The notes beneath the pieces are model-generated. The model made no database searches and had not been told where the DNA came from. It saw only the letters and a list, made by a program, of their open reading frames with translations. A DNA stretch of 63,991 nt, filler included, from Ionaspis alba (Eukaryota), in assembly GCA_964255285.1 (NCBI GenBank). It is 8 parts of 8 records of this genome, joined end to end, with 100 filler letters (N's around TTAATTAATTAA, not from the genome) between each part and the next. Parts side by side here need not be neighbours in the genome. Positions count along the whole stretch, not along the records: positions 32,373 to 40,340 come from CAXUUL010000784.1; positions 40,441 to 48,407 come from CAXUUL010000785.1; positions 48,508 to 56,461 come from CAXUUL010000786.1; 5 more parts are not named here. One strand, 5' to 3'. The translations under genes and the position numbers were made by a program. Of this stretch, positions 38,410-50,353 are shown piece after piece; position 1 is the stretch's first letter, and every line of letters starts with the position of its first letter.

Positions 38410-40340
38410 ATGTCTGCCGGTCCGTTGACTTCGAATCATGTCAATTACTTGATCTGGCGGTATGTCGTGATGGCCTCCTCGCTTTTTGCTTTTCGTCCGA
38501 CTTTGACAGCAAACCCACCCTCCGGAAATGAAAGGGAAGAAATTCGCTAACTTTGATGGAACCTGGTCGGAAAGATACCTACAGGAATCTGGTAAGGCAA
38601 TGATCAATCTTCTACAATCGAATTTGATAGGGAACAACTCATTAACATTCTTCTCTCTTTGTCCAAAGGTCATGGGAAGACAGCAGCTAGACTCCAGCGT
38701 GACTGGGGATTAGATCCTGAGACACTACCTTTTGCGCGACACATTCGGACCCATGCGCTCATCTCCCTCGTGCAAAAGGGACTCCATTATCACGAGATTG
38801 AGAAATCGATTGATCAGGCACGTTTGACCTGTCACCGTATGGTATCATTTTCCCCGAAACTACTATCTAATCTACTTCCTTCACTACAGTATGGCAACCG
38901 AATATTACCATCGCCTTCTTCAATGTTCTACTTTGGACCCGGAACGGCACAGGCTTCAGCATCATCGCCAATGGGGACCTTGGACGAAGACGAGGCAAAT
39001 CGCACATCTAATTCATCCCCAAGGCCACGCAAGCACGGTCGAGAAACGACGACCAATGGTGTTTCTAACGACGTCGCATCCCAAGCACCGGCACCGAAAC
39101 GCAGCCGGCGCAGCAATGGGAACAATGCTGCTGCAGTAACAGCAGCAGTGTCAGCTCCACCTGCTACTAATGGGAACCAGGCTAAAAGCGGCGACAGCAT
39201 GGACATTGACCAGAACGGGTTTTCAGCGTCGTCGCACCCCGGCGAATTACTAACAAGTGGTGGTGCGAAGCATGACTCGCTCGTAGCGGCACCCCCAGCA
39301 GCAACAACAACAAACTCACCACCAGGAACAGGATCAGGTCTTACGACAGCGACAGCAACAGCATCCACCGCAGCGACCGTAAATGGCAGCACCTCGATGG
39401 AAGTGGATGCCGCCTCAGATGCGGACGCGGACGGCGATGCGGACGCGGATGCGGATGCGGATGATGCAGAAGACGACGCTGCTGCATTGCAGGTACAGCC
39501 GACAGCGATCCTGACCAAGACCCTGACGAATGGCCGCAGTGTGGGTGTTCAGAGCGACAAGCTTGCCGAACTCGGGCCCGACTCGACCCTTTTGAGCCTG
39601 CCCGACCAGACACACGTCACTCACGCCCAATGGAGCCCACGGGATCCCACTCTCTTGGCGACAGGGGGCCAGGCACTATGCCGTATCTGGACTGTCGCTT
39701 ATCATCCGTCATCTTCGGAAAATAATAGAAGCGAGAAAGAGCAGCAGAAAGATGGAGATGGTGATATCCCTATGGAGACACCACCAACAACGACAGCGAC
39801 CAACAACCATGTTGCTGCCACCATTACTACCACTACTCCCTACATCGACCTCCTCGACCCAGACGACAAATCCCTCATCACATCCCTGACCTGGAGTCCT
39901 GACGGCGCCTACCTCGCCATCGCGAAGTACTCCACCACCCTCTCCACAAGCACCATCAGCATCCGCACCCCCACCGGCTCCTTCCTCGACGAGCTACCAG
40001 GCGGGCAAGACTGGGTCCTGCACCTAACCTACAACCCATCAGGAACCCACCTGCTGGGCATAACCCACTCCGACTCGACCTCCAGCACTTTACAAATCTG
40101 GGACACTTCCACCGGACACCCCACAACCCCCTTCACACTCACCACCGCCCTGCTAGACACCTGCTGGCTAACCCCCACGCGCTTCATGGTCTGCGGCACC
40201 GACCTCATCGCCGACTCCCTCCTCACGGAAGGCAGCACCATCGACGCTCTCCGCAACCGCTCCGATCTCCCCCCAGGAATCGAATGGTCCCTGCTCCGCC
40301 ACGACCCGCTCTCCCACACCACCGCCATCGCCAGCGAAAC
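38410..40340 (+). CDS. LisH plus WD40 protein (TBL1/Sif2-like), 3' end truncated
   Basis: LTSNHVNYLIWR/YLQES/GH...ALISLVQKGL LisH region; WSPRDPTLLATGG and LTWSPDG WD repeats. Confidence 0.85.
39418..39465 (+). repeat. In-frame GAYGCG hexamer repeat encoding (DA)n
   Basis: gatgcggacgcggacggcgatgcggacgcggatgcggatgcggatgat inside the TBL1-like linker. Confidence 0.85.
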
Positions 40341-40440
40341 NNNNNNNNNNNNNNNNNNNNNNNNNNNNNNNNNNNNNNNNNNNNTTAATTAATTAANNNN
40401 NNNNNNNNNNNNNNNNNNNNNNNNNNNNNNNNNNNNNNNN
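40341..40440. other. Artificial scaffold-joining linker
   Basis: N44-TTAATTAATTAA-N44. Confidence 0.98.
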
Positions 40441-42224
40441 CTGTTGTGGGGTAGTTGGGTTGGGAGGGTTGAGAAGTGGGTTGGGTGAGGTAGAAGGGTT
40501 GGGGACCGGATTGTGGAGCATTGTGGGGGGTCGCGTGGCGGGGATCTGGACGGAGGGTTAGTAGGGAGATGCGGAAGGAAGGTTGGGAGGCGTACCTTGT
40601 GGGTTGGGGCTGTAGTAGCGGTTTGGGACTTGTTGTGGTTGGGAAGGTCCTTGGGGTGGGTAGGTTGAGGTGCCATATGCGTGATGTGGTTGACTCGGCC
40701 GGCCGTAGGGTGTCTGGGATGGCTGAGACATGGAGGATTCCAGGAGGTATTCGTAGTCTCGGCGGGCTTTGATGAACTTTTCGTTGAGCTGAGTGAAGTC
40801 GTCTGGAAGACGGTGTTAGAACTGTGATAAACCATGGGTGACGAATCATACAGACCTTTCCGCTGCGAATACTTCCCAATCAACTCAATAAGTTTCGGTC
40901 TTATAGCGAGTGTCGAATGGTATAACGTTGTAATCTCCTCATTATCCCTCACGTTAAGCTCCGAGCTGCTCGTACTCAGCAGAGTAAGGAGCTTCTCCAC
41001 ATTCCGTATTTCAGCGAATACCTCAGCCTCCATCTGTGCCTCTCTCTGCAATTCCTCTTGTGTCGGATCTGATAACTTCTCGACATAGTTGAGTGGGAAG
41101 ATGCCGGTTTGTCCTCTCAACGAACCCTTCCACCAATCCTTATAGACAGACTCCAACACCGCAATAATATCTCCCTTCTTGAATTGCAACTCTCCCGGTT
41201 CCGAAGGTTGAAAATCGAATAATGCTCGCACCCTCGAGACAGTGGCAGCAGTCGTGCCAGATGGAACTGGTTGCGCTGCCGCTGGAGCTTGGGAAGGAGC
41301 AGCCGATGTCGCCGCAGCGCCTTGTTGGGCTTTCTGTACTACCCCCGAGCCTGACGGTGTCTGAGCTTTAACCGACAACGCCAACGCCATTTGTAGTTCT
41401 TCTTCCTCCTTCTGTCGGTCGACATCGGTGATTTGTCGTTTCGTTGGTTTAGAAGGTGGATGTAGGTTAGGATCTGGATTCGTATGAGCTGGTGCATTTG
41501 GCATCGTTCAGAGTGCATTTCGTACTTTGACTCTTGAGCTTCATATATGCCTGCTCCATAATTCCCAGATCCCGATCTCTCGAGAACATCTCCGTCCATT
41601 CTGCCATTCGTTCTAGTATACTGGTCTTGACTTGTTGGTGTGTGTTCTTGGAAAATATCAGCCTTGAGTGCCATCGCTTCCTTCACAAGCTTCCAGACAT
41701 ACTCGATCTCCAGCCAGCCGTAGCAGAGCATCCGTAAAACTTCTCGAGGCCAGTTCTCGATGTACTTTAGGTCCACAGTTCTGAGAGAGGGCATTCGCAA
41801 GCTAGGAGGAGGATATCAGCACATGGTGCGGTCTGACGACGGTGGCAGCATACTTCGAGGGTATAGAGCTGGACATTTGCATTCCGATGCGCCAAGCGCT
41901 TGATCATGGAAGCAACCACATCTTTTGGCCTGATAGCATAGATATTTAGCACAAGAGTATGCGCCGAGTCGTCAACAGTCGTACCCTGTATCTTCAGCAT
42001 TTGCTCTGTCGCAAACGTCCTATGTCGTATAAGCTGCTGGTGTAGACTTGATCATGAGAGCTTGAATATACTAACCAGTATAAACTCCCAATTCTCCGAC
42101 GTCAAGTTCTCATCCGTCGCTTTCGCTGCACCGACCATGAGCACTTTCACCTCTTCCGGCGTGGGGAGACCGTCATAGACTTACCGACCGCTTCGTCAAA
42201 GGCATTTTGTTGAGCGCGGAACAT
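40441..42224 (-). CDS. HSE1: ESCRT-0 subunit Hse1/STAM (VHS-UIM-SH3-GAT), 3' end truncated
   Basis: MFRAQQNAFDEAV/AKATDENLTSENWE; RLAHRNANVQLY; UIM EEEELQMALALS; SH3 VRALFDF...WWKG...GIFPLNYV. Multiple introns. Confidence 0.93.
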
Positions 42225-43120
42225 TTTCACTGGGGAACGAATGTTCCGAGCAGAAGAAAGAGACGTGGTGAGGAGTGATTCGAGATCGAGGTTCGGAGTT
42301 GAATGGAGCCTGGAGTATGGAGATGGAGATACTAAAAGTTGACTCGGCGGCCGCCAGTGACGTTGCAGGGCCGAGGCCGCGTGCTTCAGCACAAGCCACT
42401 GTGGCGGAGCTGGATATCGAGATCGCCAGCCACGAACCAATGTTGGGATGTTTCAATCCGAGGTGCTTATTATTGGATACACTCCTCCTACTAATGTTTC
42501 ACCTCACAGATACATCGCATCATCTATCCACGAATCTAGAAGCATTACGTATGGTTCATGATTGCTACCATCAACTATTCATCAAATCCACACCGACACG
42601 ACACAAAAACAAAGGCATAACCACCCAATCCAGCCAACCGGGCGCACACACTTCAATTCATCAAAAACAAAAAACATTTTTTCCATCTCAGAGACCAACA
42701 CCGTACAGAGCTCCCTTTGTAATTCCTCCGAATATCCTCCCCAATCGCCCACGCTATCTCCGACTGCAAGTGTCAGAAGACATAAGTAAGGGAATCCTCG
42801 TGTGAAGGATGGTGCGACAGTGTTAGAATCTTTCTATTCAATGCTTCCGCAATGCTACCAGGGCAAAGGCGAAGCCATTTCATGGTTGAAAAAGGAAAGG
42901 GAAAAGCCGAAGCAGCTAGATCGAAATGCTCCCATATATCGAGGTGATATAGGACCGTGGAAGCGGAAATTGAGTTTACTCTCCGAGAGGCTCGCCGGAC
43001 TCTCAGAGTGCGTATGAAATGTCCATGAAGCGACAAAGACAAATGTTGCTTTTGCTCAGACCCGATCATGAGATTTCCCTTTGAGATGTGCGTAGAGAAA
43101 TAGCCCTGGCATTCAGCCAC

Positions 43121-45918
43121 TCAAGGGCTTCGCTGAGCCTTTTCCTGCGCACGACTAGCTCTCGCTGACCGTACAAGAGGAGCCAGGTTCACGAGAGGTT
43201 CTGCAGTCGCCATGAAAGGGTGCTTCATCCATGTCAGCCTCATTCTCTTGAACGCAGAGTAATCAGCACTTACCCTCAAAAGATCATGTGCCGAAGCCCG
43301 TTTCTCCGGATCAACTTTGAGCGCAAAATTCAAAAAGTCCTTAAAAGTCGTCGACAAATTCTGTTCATCTTTGATCTTGGGCGTTCCATTCGTAGCAATC
43401 AGGTACAAAGCGCGCAGAGGCGATTCCGTCAGGTACGGAGGCTCGCCTTCGATCATCTCGATGGCCATGATGCCTAAACTCCAGATATCCACTTTGCGAC
43501 CGTAGTCTTTCCGTGTCACGACTTCGGGTGCCATCCAGTAGGGAGTTCCAACCATAGTGGTGCGCTTGCTTTGGGATTCGTTGATTTGGGCGCAGAAACC
43601 GAAATCGGCTGGATTGTAAATTAGTTCGTGTTTTTCAGATTCGTCGGTATTCTCGAGACCTACTTAGCTTGATGTTGCCTTCCATAGACAGCAGGATATT
43701 ATCAGACTTGATATCTCGATGAATTACACCCTTTGAATGTAAATGTTGAAGACCATTCAAAGTCTGAAACTTGTCAGCAGCGGTCAAACCGACCGATACG
43801 TACGATCTTACCTCTTTACAGACCGCAGCAATCTGCCCCTCGCTCATCATGTTGAATGTTACCACATCCGTCAAACTCCCACCCTCCATATACTCCATAA
43901 TAACCCACAAATCTCCTCGAATCAGGAAACTATCCATGAAGTTGACGATATTCTTGTGCTTGCTATCCTTCATGACCAGAATCTCATTGATGATAAGATC
44001 TTTCTTAGGCTGCTGTTCAAGGTTCATCTGTTTGATCGCAACACATCTGTTCGTTCCATTCTCATTGGCTGTGTAAACACCGCCTGAAGCTCCTTGGCCG
44101 ATCTTATTTAGATTTCGGTATTTCTTGGTGGGATCTCCAGATGAACAGATGGCATTCAACCGTGCTACGATATCTTGTCCAGTGCTTTGACGTGGTCGTT
44201 GTCGAGCGCGAGGAGTAGCTCCAGTAGTACGCGGCTGCTGGGTAGGCATGGGAATATTCTGAGGATCGGCGGACGTGAAATGGTTTTGAGGGGAGATTGG
44301 AGATGTCTGGGGTTGTGGCTGTTGACGCTGACTGACCTTTCTCTCGAGTTGCTGGGCAGCCATTGCCTGCTGTGCTGCAACCATGGCTTGTTCTTGCTGT
44401 TGCTGGTACTGCGCAGGAGTTTCCACACCGCCAGGAGTAGGACGCGATGGCTGTCGAGTAAGTCCGTTGGTTTTAGTTACGGACTTCATCCGCTGGATCT
44501 CGTCGGTACGAGTCTTGTCGAGTGACTCATCTGACTGTGCGAAAGGTGGACTCCTTGCGTCCTCGTTGCTCGGTCTACCTTGGCCAATTGGGAGCTCTCT
44601 GTAGCCATTGGGAGGTTGCGGCGCAGCTCTGGCAGGTATGTAATCACTGGGTGGTGGCGGAGGACCTGGAGGCCGAGGCGCTGCGCGACTTGGTATGAGG
44701 GCAGGCTGATTCAGGTTTGGAGAATGTGGATAGTAGGAAGAGGGACCTGGAACACTACGAGGGATTGGAGGAGGAGCGCGAGGATTTTCGAAGCTGCTTT
44801 CGTGGTTTTGCGGAAATCGCGGGCTTGCTGGTGGACTGGCGATAGTGGAGAGAGTCTTATAGCTGGTATTTGGACCAGACGCTGTCGATATCGATAGTGG
44901 ACTGTGCAGAGGTTGTGAAGAGTCTTTGACTCTCGTGCCATCAAACTTGTGCCAGACTTCATCGTCTGCTTTTCCTCCTGCTGTGGCTTGATAGAATGTC
45001 ACTACGTCGACGACTGCTTGTGGATTCTGTTCGCGCTCGTTTCGGGTGATACCACTGTCTTCGAGCATTTTATCCCACTCAGGCGGTAGGCCCTGTTATG
45101 TGTCATTATCGTGTTCCAATCAAGCGCTCTGGGTACAGTGAAGTTTGCTTGCATAATGCGCTCCGACAGAGAGCTCCACCGGCAGGCTGAGGATTGACCT
45201 ATACAGGAAATGAACCTACCGTGAATTGCCCCGTCTCATTGTCATAACCAACATGAATCATATGCACCGGATTCTCAGGCGCAGAGATCTTGACATTCCT
45301 CGGAGACCCCAAAACACTATTCATGAACCCCGAAATCCCACTCTTCTTCCTCCATCGCGTCTTCCCACCATTAGCCTCATCCGAGTACCTCTTCGAATTG
45401 CTCGTCGAACCGGTATCCGACCGCGGCGGGGTCGACTCCCCCGACCGATCTCCAGCCGAAAAGCTCGCCGACTGCCTCAGCGACGGTGTCAACATTCGTG
45501 GATCGGGCGAGGTATGTGATAGAGGCGGCGGTGGTGGACGTCGCTGCGAGCTTGTGTAACTCCGAGGATCAGCGACGAATTCACTGGAGCTTTTATCCAC
45601 CAGCGTCGATTGCTGCGAGTAGCGATAAGGCGATTGATCCGGAGCCGTTTGCCCCGCGGACCCAAATTCGGATGAGCTGAAGTTGGCGGATGCGCGCTCG
45701 AGCGAGGAGTGGGAGGAGTTATGACGCTGTTGGTGGAGGAGGTCACGATTGCCGTTGGTCGTGGTGGACGATTGCGGGTAAGGTGTTGTTGCTGAGCCGG
45801 ACCGTTGGAGGAAACCGCTGCTAGAGTGACTGCGTAGAGAGCGCGATGATGGCATGTCGGGAGGGCGATCCTTGGTGAGACGACGTTTATTGTGGTGGAC
45901 GTGTGGTTTGGAGGCCAT
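43121..45918 (-). CDS. STE20: PAK family Ser/Thr kinase (Ste20-like)
   Basis: CRIB motif [16 protein letters not shown]; kinase motifs [34 protein letters not shown] and [10 protein letters not shown]-terminal LAPLV. No PH domain seen, unlike Cla4. Confidence 0.9.
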
Positions 45919-47133
45919 GAATGTCGTGGTCTCGAACCTACCTTCTCGCGCTTAGTCCCTTTCCGGTTTATTGGTGGGCTTTTCGCGCTCTCTCTCTCTC
46001 TCGCTAGGCCTGGGCGCGCAAAACGGTTCTCTACCCCACAATTCCAACGGATGAACAACTGTTGGAGAGCGGTAAGGATGCTGATAATCTTAAGATGGAT
46101 GATAATGATACTACGCAGGGTTATAATCGGCAGGTGAAGGGCACTGGAAGGGTATGCAAGTGCTACAGAGCTGTCACAAGGAACCGGTTACTCTAGTCGG
46201 AGATGATCGCACGCCAGAGCACTCTCTAAGGGCCTCTAAACTGTCGATCGGGCTTCCAGCTTAGAGCGAGGAGAGTTCATTGCCTTTTTGCTCCATACAC
46301 AGCAAGACGTCGTACGATGAGGCTTTCTTGATTTTGCGGCGGACTGGGACAAGGCTGTAAACGACTGTGGATACCAATTAAGGACTACCTGCACAGGCGA
46401 CGATATCTCCTAGGGCAATTTCGCTCCTTTGTATCTGCAGTGAGGGGTAATATTGTTCAAGAGCAAGGGAGTAATCCTATAAGCGTTTACCTTTTCAGCC
46501 AGAAGTCTGTCCTTCTACCCGGCATTACCTGACTAAACTGCAGGAGAAAGTGGCTTGATGTCAGAGCGACAGAACGAGCGATGCAGATGCATCTTGGACA
46601 TCTTCCCGCGATCACACATCGTCTGTGCCACAGAAAAGCTCTGCATTACTAGTCGCACGAAACATACGTCAAATCGACAGGTACAGCATGCTCTAAGAGT
46701 CGTTGCCGTGTTTCAGATAAAGGTGAAGCAAAGTGGCAGTGCAATCATACTCTATCTACGGGGCAATAATCTCCCCATCTTTTCACAAAACCAGAGGACT
46801 AGTAATGCACGAATAAAATTTGCATTGCCAAGACTCGTGCACGTTACTGGGTAATTCCCATCATCAATGATTGAGAGAGAAAAGAAATTCTCACCATGCA
46901 TCAGTGGAAAGTTACTGCAGTGCTGATATGCATTGATGTGTTATATACACGTAATACCAAAAAGCAAAGAAATCCAAAATCATTAATGCGATCACCATGT
47001 AAACGACAGACAAGTCCCCACCTCAATGCAGGCTTGCGCTCTCCCCTCTTCTCGAATGTACAGTCCTGGATCATCCTGTTATACACTCCATCTCGAGGCT
47101 TATATCCCCACATCCGCAGTGACGAATCATCGT

Positions 47134-48024
47134 TCAAACACCGTGGAGGTTGTAGTAGGTGACCTTGTCGTCACGCAAGTGACCCTGGTTTAGGTAATCG
47201 AGTACAAACTTGATGGCCTTGCCGTACTCTGGACCTTGACCGGGAACACCGCTATCATCTCATCAGCAAGTTCTCCCTAGGCAGATTGAGTCCATTGGAA
47301 GGCGGGGAAGGCTTACCGCTGAGCTTGGTAGAAACCAGCTAGGCCGAGTGCCTTGATTTGTTCATGCTGGCACTTGATGGCGGAAGCGTCATGGGTGCTG
47401 TCGTACCGATTAGCTGAAGTCCGATTATGAACAGTAGAACAACATACTTCAGAATCTCTCCCTTGCGCCAGTCCTTCTCTTGGAGACCCTTGAATTGGGA
47501 GCAGTGCTTGCGCATTTGATACCCTGCATCATAGAGTTACCGGCTGTACAAACTGAGAAGGGACACATGTCGTGAGGACTCACAGTTGTTCTTGAAGATC
47601 CCGAAGTTGGCTGAATCACCCGTCTTCTGCTTCCCGCCGGGTAGCACGTCTCCCAACGGATAGGAAGTACCGGACATGGCGCAGCCACTACATACTGTTA
47701 GATTGGGGGGTACTGCTGTGTGTTATGCACGACTTTCGGGGACGACTTACGTCTCGGAGATAGTGATAGCTAGGTCTATAAGATATTAGCAGGGAAAGAA
47801 AAATGAGCGAGACCAGAATGCAGTGGGAGGATAAGGACCGTTGAAATACCTCGAGCATTGGCTCCCATACTGAGGAGGTGTTGCTTGCGGCTAGCAGCCT
47901 TGTATTTGGGATCACAGGTGTATGGGTGGCCGGGACCATCTGCACGTCTCTCGTTCACTGGAGCTGCGGCTACTAACGCAGTCAGAGCAAGGACGGCTGC
48001 AACGAGAGTGGATTTGAAAAGCAT
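47134..48024 (-). CDS. Secreted, divergent GH134 (beta-1,4-mannanase-like, lysozyme fold) protein, 192 aa, 6 exons
   Basis: Exons 48024-47850, 47775-47751, 47687-47584, 47523-47448, 47397-47317 and 47251-47134, all GT-AG, total 579 nt in frame. Signal peptide; RKQHLLSMG...DLAITISET; KTGDSANFGIFKNNW; CSQFKG...W..G..LN. Confidence 0.82.
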
Positions 48025-48138
48025 GGTGAGTTGGATTTAATGGATTGGTAAATATTGTGTATTTGTAGGTCTAGTAAACGTCTTGATGCTTGAGGATGAG
48101 GATGAGGATTATGTAGAATATGAGAGACGAAGCAGAGG

Positions 48139-48146
48139 TATATATA
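48139..48146 (-). promoter_or_regulatory. Candidate TATA box of the GH134-like gene
   Basis: TATATATA about 115 bp upstream of ATG 48024. Confidence 0.4.
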
Positions 48147-48407
48147 CGCGTTTGGAGATCGTCTTCAATATCAAGAGTCTCACCTCCTGCCAAACATTGA
48201 TCCAGTCGTCGTAAGAAGGAAACAAAAATGGAGAACATCCAACACTGATCGACTTTGCTTCTCTGGGGATGTCCTCGGTGTCGGACCAGATATTCCCAAA
48301 GAGGCAGCCAAGTTCTTTCATGGCCCGGCATTTCTCATCGCCTCGCTTCCAAAGTTCATGTTCAGACATTTCTAGCGCGTGGTGCTTTGTCATGGTGAGC
48401 AGAGCAC

Positions 48408-48507
48408 NNNNNNNNNNNNNNNNNNNNNNNNNNNNNNNNNNNNNNNNNNNNTTAATTAATTAANNNNNNNNNNNNNNNNNNNNNNNNNNNNNNNNNNNNN
48501 NNNNNNN
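48408..48507. other. Artificial scaffold-joining linker
   Basis: N44-TTAATTAATTAA-N44. Confidence 0.98.
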
Positions 48508-50353
48508 GACATTGAGGAAGTTGAGGAGGGGTGGTGATGGGGAGAGGGAATTGTGGTGGTCAAACCCGGTACTTATTGTGTATTTGATTTTTGGTTGATG
48601 GCTTTTGTAGGTTGTGAGGTGGCACTTTGCAGTTTAGAAGTTCGTTTATGTCTGTTCCCTTCAATGAAGCTCTTGCTGTGTACCGGCGTGCCATGGGTTC
48701 GATGAGTGAGAACTTTATACCTTGTGATGGCTGTAATGTAGACCGATTCAATGAGGGTAGAACACGAACGTAAGAAGAGATGTGAAGCCGTCGAATTTCG
48801 AGCCGACTTCATACTAAGCTCGCTGGGAGTGAGGGGCTTACTTTCAGTGGATAGCTTTCCAAAGGTGTCGAGGAACTTGATAAATTCTGCTTCGACGATT
48901 CTTCCAAAAAACAGAGTCTGACGAACGACAGAGCATTTGTAGATGAACCATTCGTATGGCATAAGAATCTCCTGGCATGGTCGATAGGGAGATTCACCTA
49001 AAGGCGTCAATCTGTTCCCTACAGTACTACAGGATGACAACTTTTCCAGACTCCACACACGAAGGACAGTCTGCGGAGGTAAGGCAAAGGGATAGAAAAG
49101 CGGAGGACAGACGCCATTGGCATTGATTGATCTGGTCAATTTCCCACCCTTGTGCTCTGTCTCTTACAGTCAAACCTATACGATTGGATTGGCTGAATAG
49201 ATCTGGGTCCCGAACCATTGTAATTCAGAGAATGGTGGGAAGGTCGACTACCAATGGAAGAAATCGTCGAAGAAATGGATCGTTGAAGGGTGGAAGTAAA
49301 GAATGAGTTACAATCACGCGCGGATTGATGTGATAGTGGTGTAGGATGTATCGTGATGGTATCGAAGTATCGTGTCTATTGGATTGTATGTGTACAATTA
49401 GCATAATTCCTCCCGAACCAAGGACGTTTAGGGGGGCACGCCCCTTGTTTTAACTCCACTATTTCCACTTAATAAATAAGTGCTGTCAAGGAGGGAAAGA
49501 GCCAAGGGGATCGGACAATAGTTTAACCGCCAGTAGCGTAGTCCAGATAGTACTTCTTGCCCTCTAGGTACTTGGAAAATATACATCTTGCACCTCATCG
49601 CTGGTTACACAGTTTTCTCAGTGCCCTGGAGGATCTTTTCGCAAAGTATTGTGCTAATTGTGTAGCGGCAACGATTCCTGCCCCCGGCCGCGACCCGTCA
49701 AGGAGCGGATCAATATTGATCCATATAACCTTGCTAGAAGGTCTGAATCCACCAATCGCAATTTTTTTTACAGTTACAGCGCAACGACGATTGTATATAT
49801 CGTTGACTTGACTTCGCTCGGAGCAAAGTATGCCAATCTTAAACAGATTTATGATATTGTTTGATAATTCGTATCATACGCAACACTGTTTATAAAATCT
49901 CGGCGTAAGTCGACTGGGTTTCTATCTATATATAAAACTCCAAACTGCGCGCAGACATATATTTGGGAATTCCCATCTGAACAAATTCGCGATTGGTGGA
50001 CTCAGATATACAGCTTGGACAGGGATCTGAGTCCCTCAGCCAAAGACCTTGAAGAAAGCCTAACCCCCGGAATCATGAGGGAATCCATGTCAGCCGGACA
50101 AGGCGCAGCGGATGAGATGCCACTTCAGCCTGATTCAATGATTTGACTTCCATCCTTCACTCTGCTGCACGAGTATCTTTCCCTCATCCGTCTCCTTCTG
50201 ATCTTCGTCCTCCTTTTTCTTTTCTCCTCCTCATCTTCGCCCCTATCTTTCTTTTCCTTCTTCTTTTTTTTCGTGTTATCACCCTGATCACAATCGTCGC
50301 CCTCAGCCCCGTCATCACCTAGTTGCTACACCGAACAAGGTTATAGATTGACG

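Noticed and set aside
48573..49218. 188-aa and 63-aa minus-strand ORFs upstream of the HET gene
   Set aside because: No recognisable domain and no convincing start or splice model; left unannotated.
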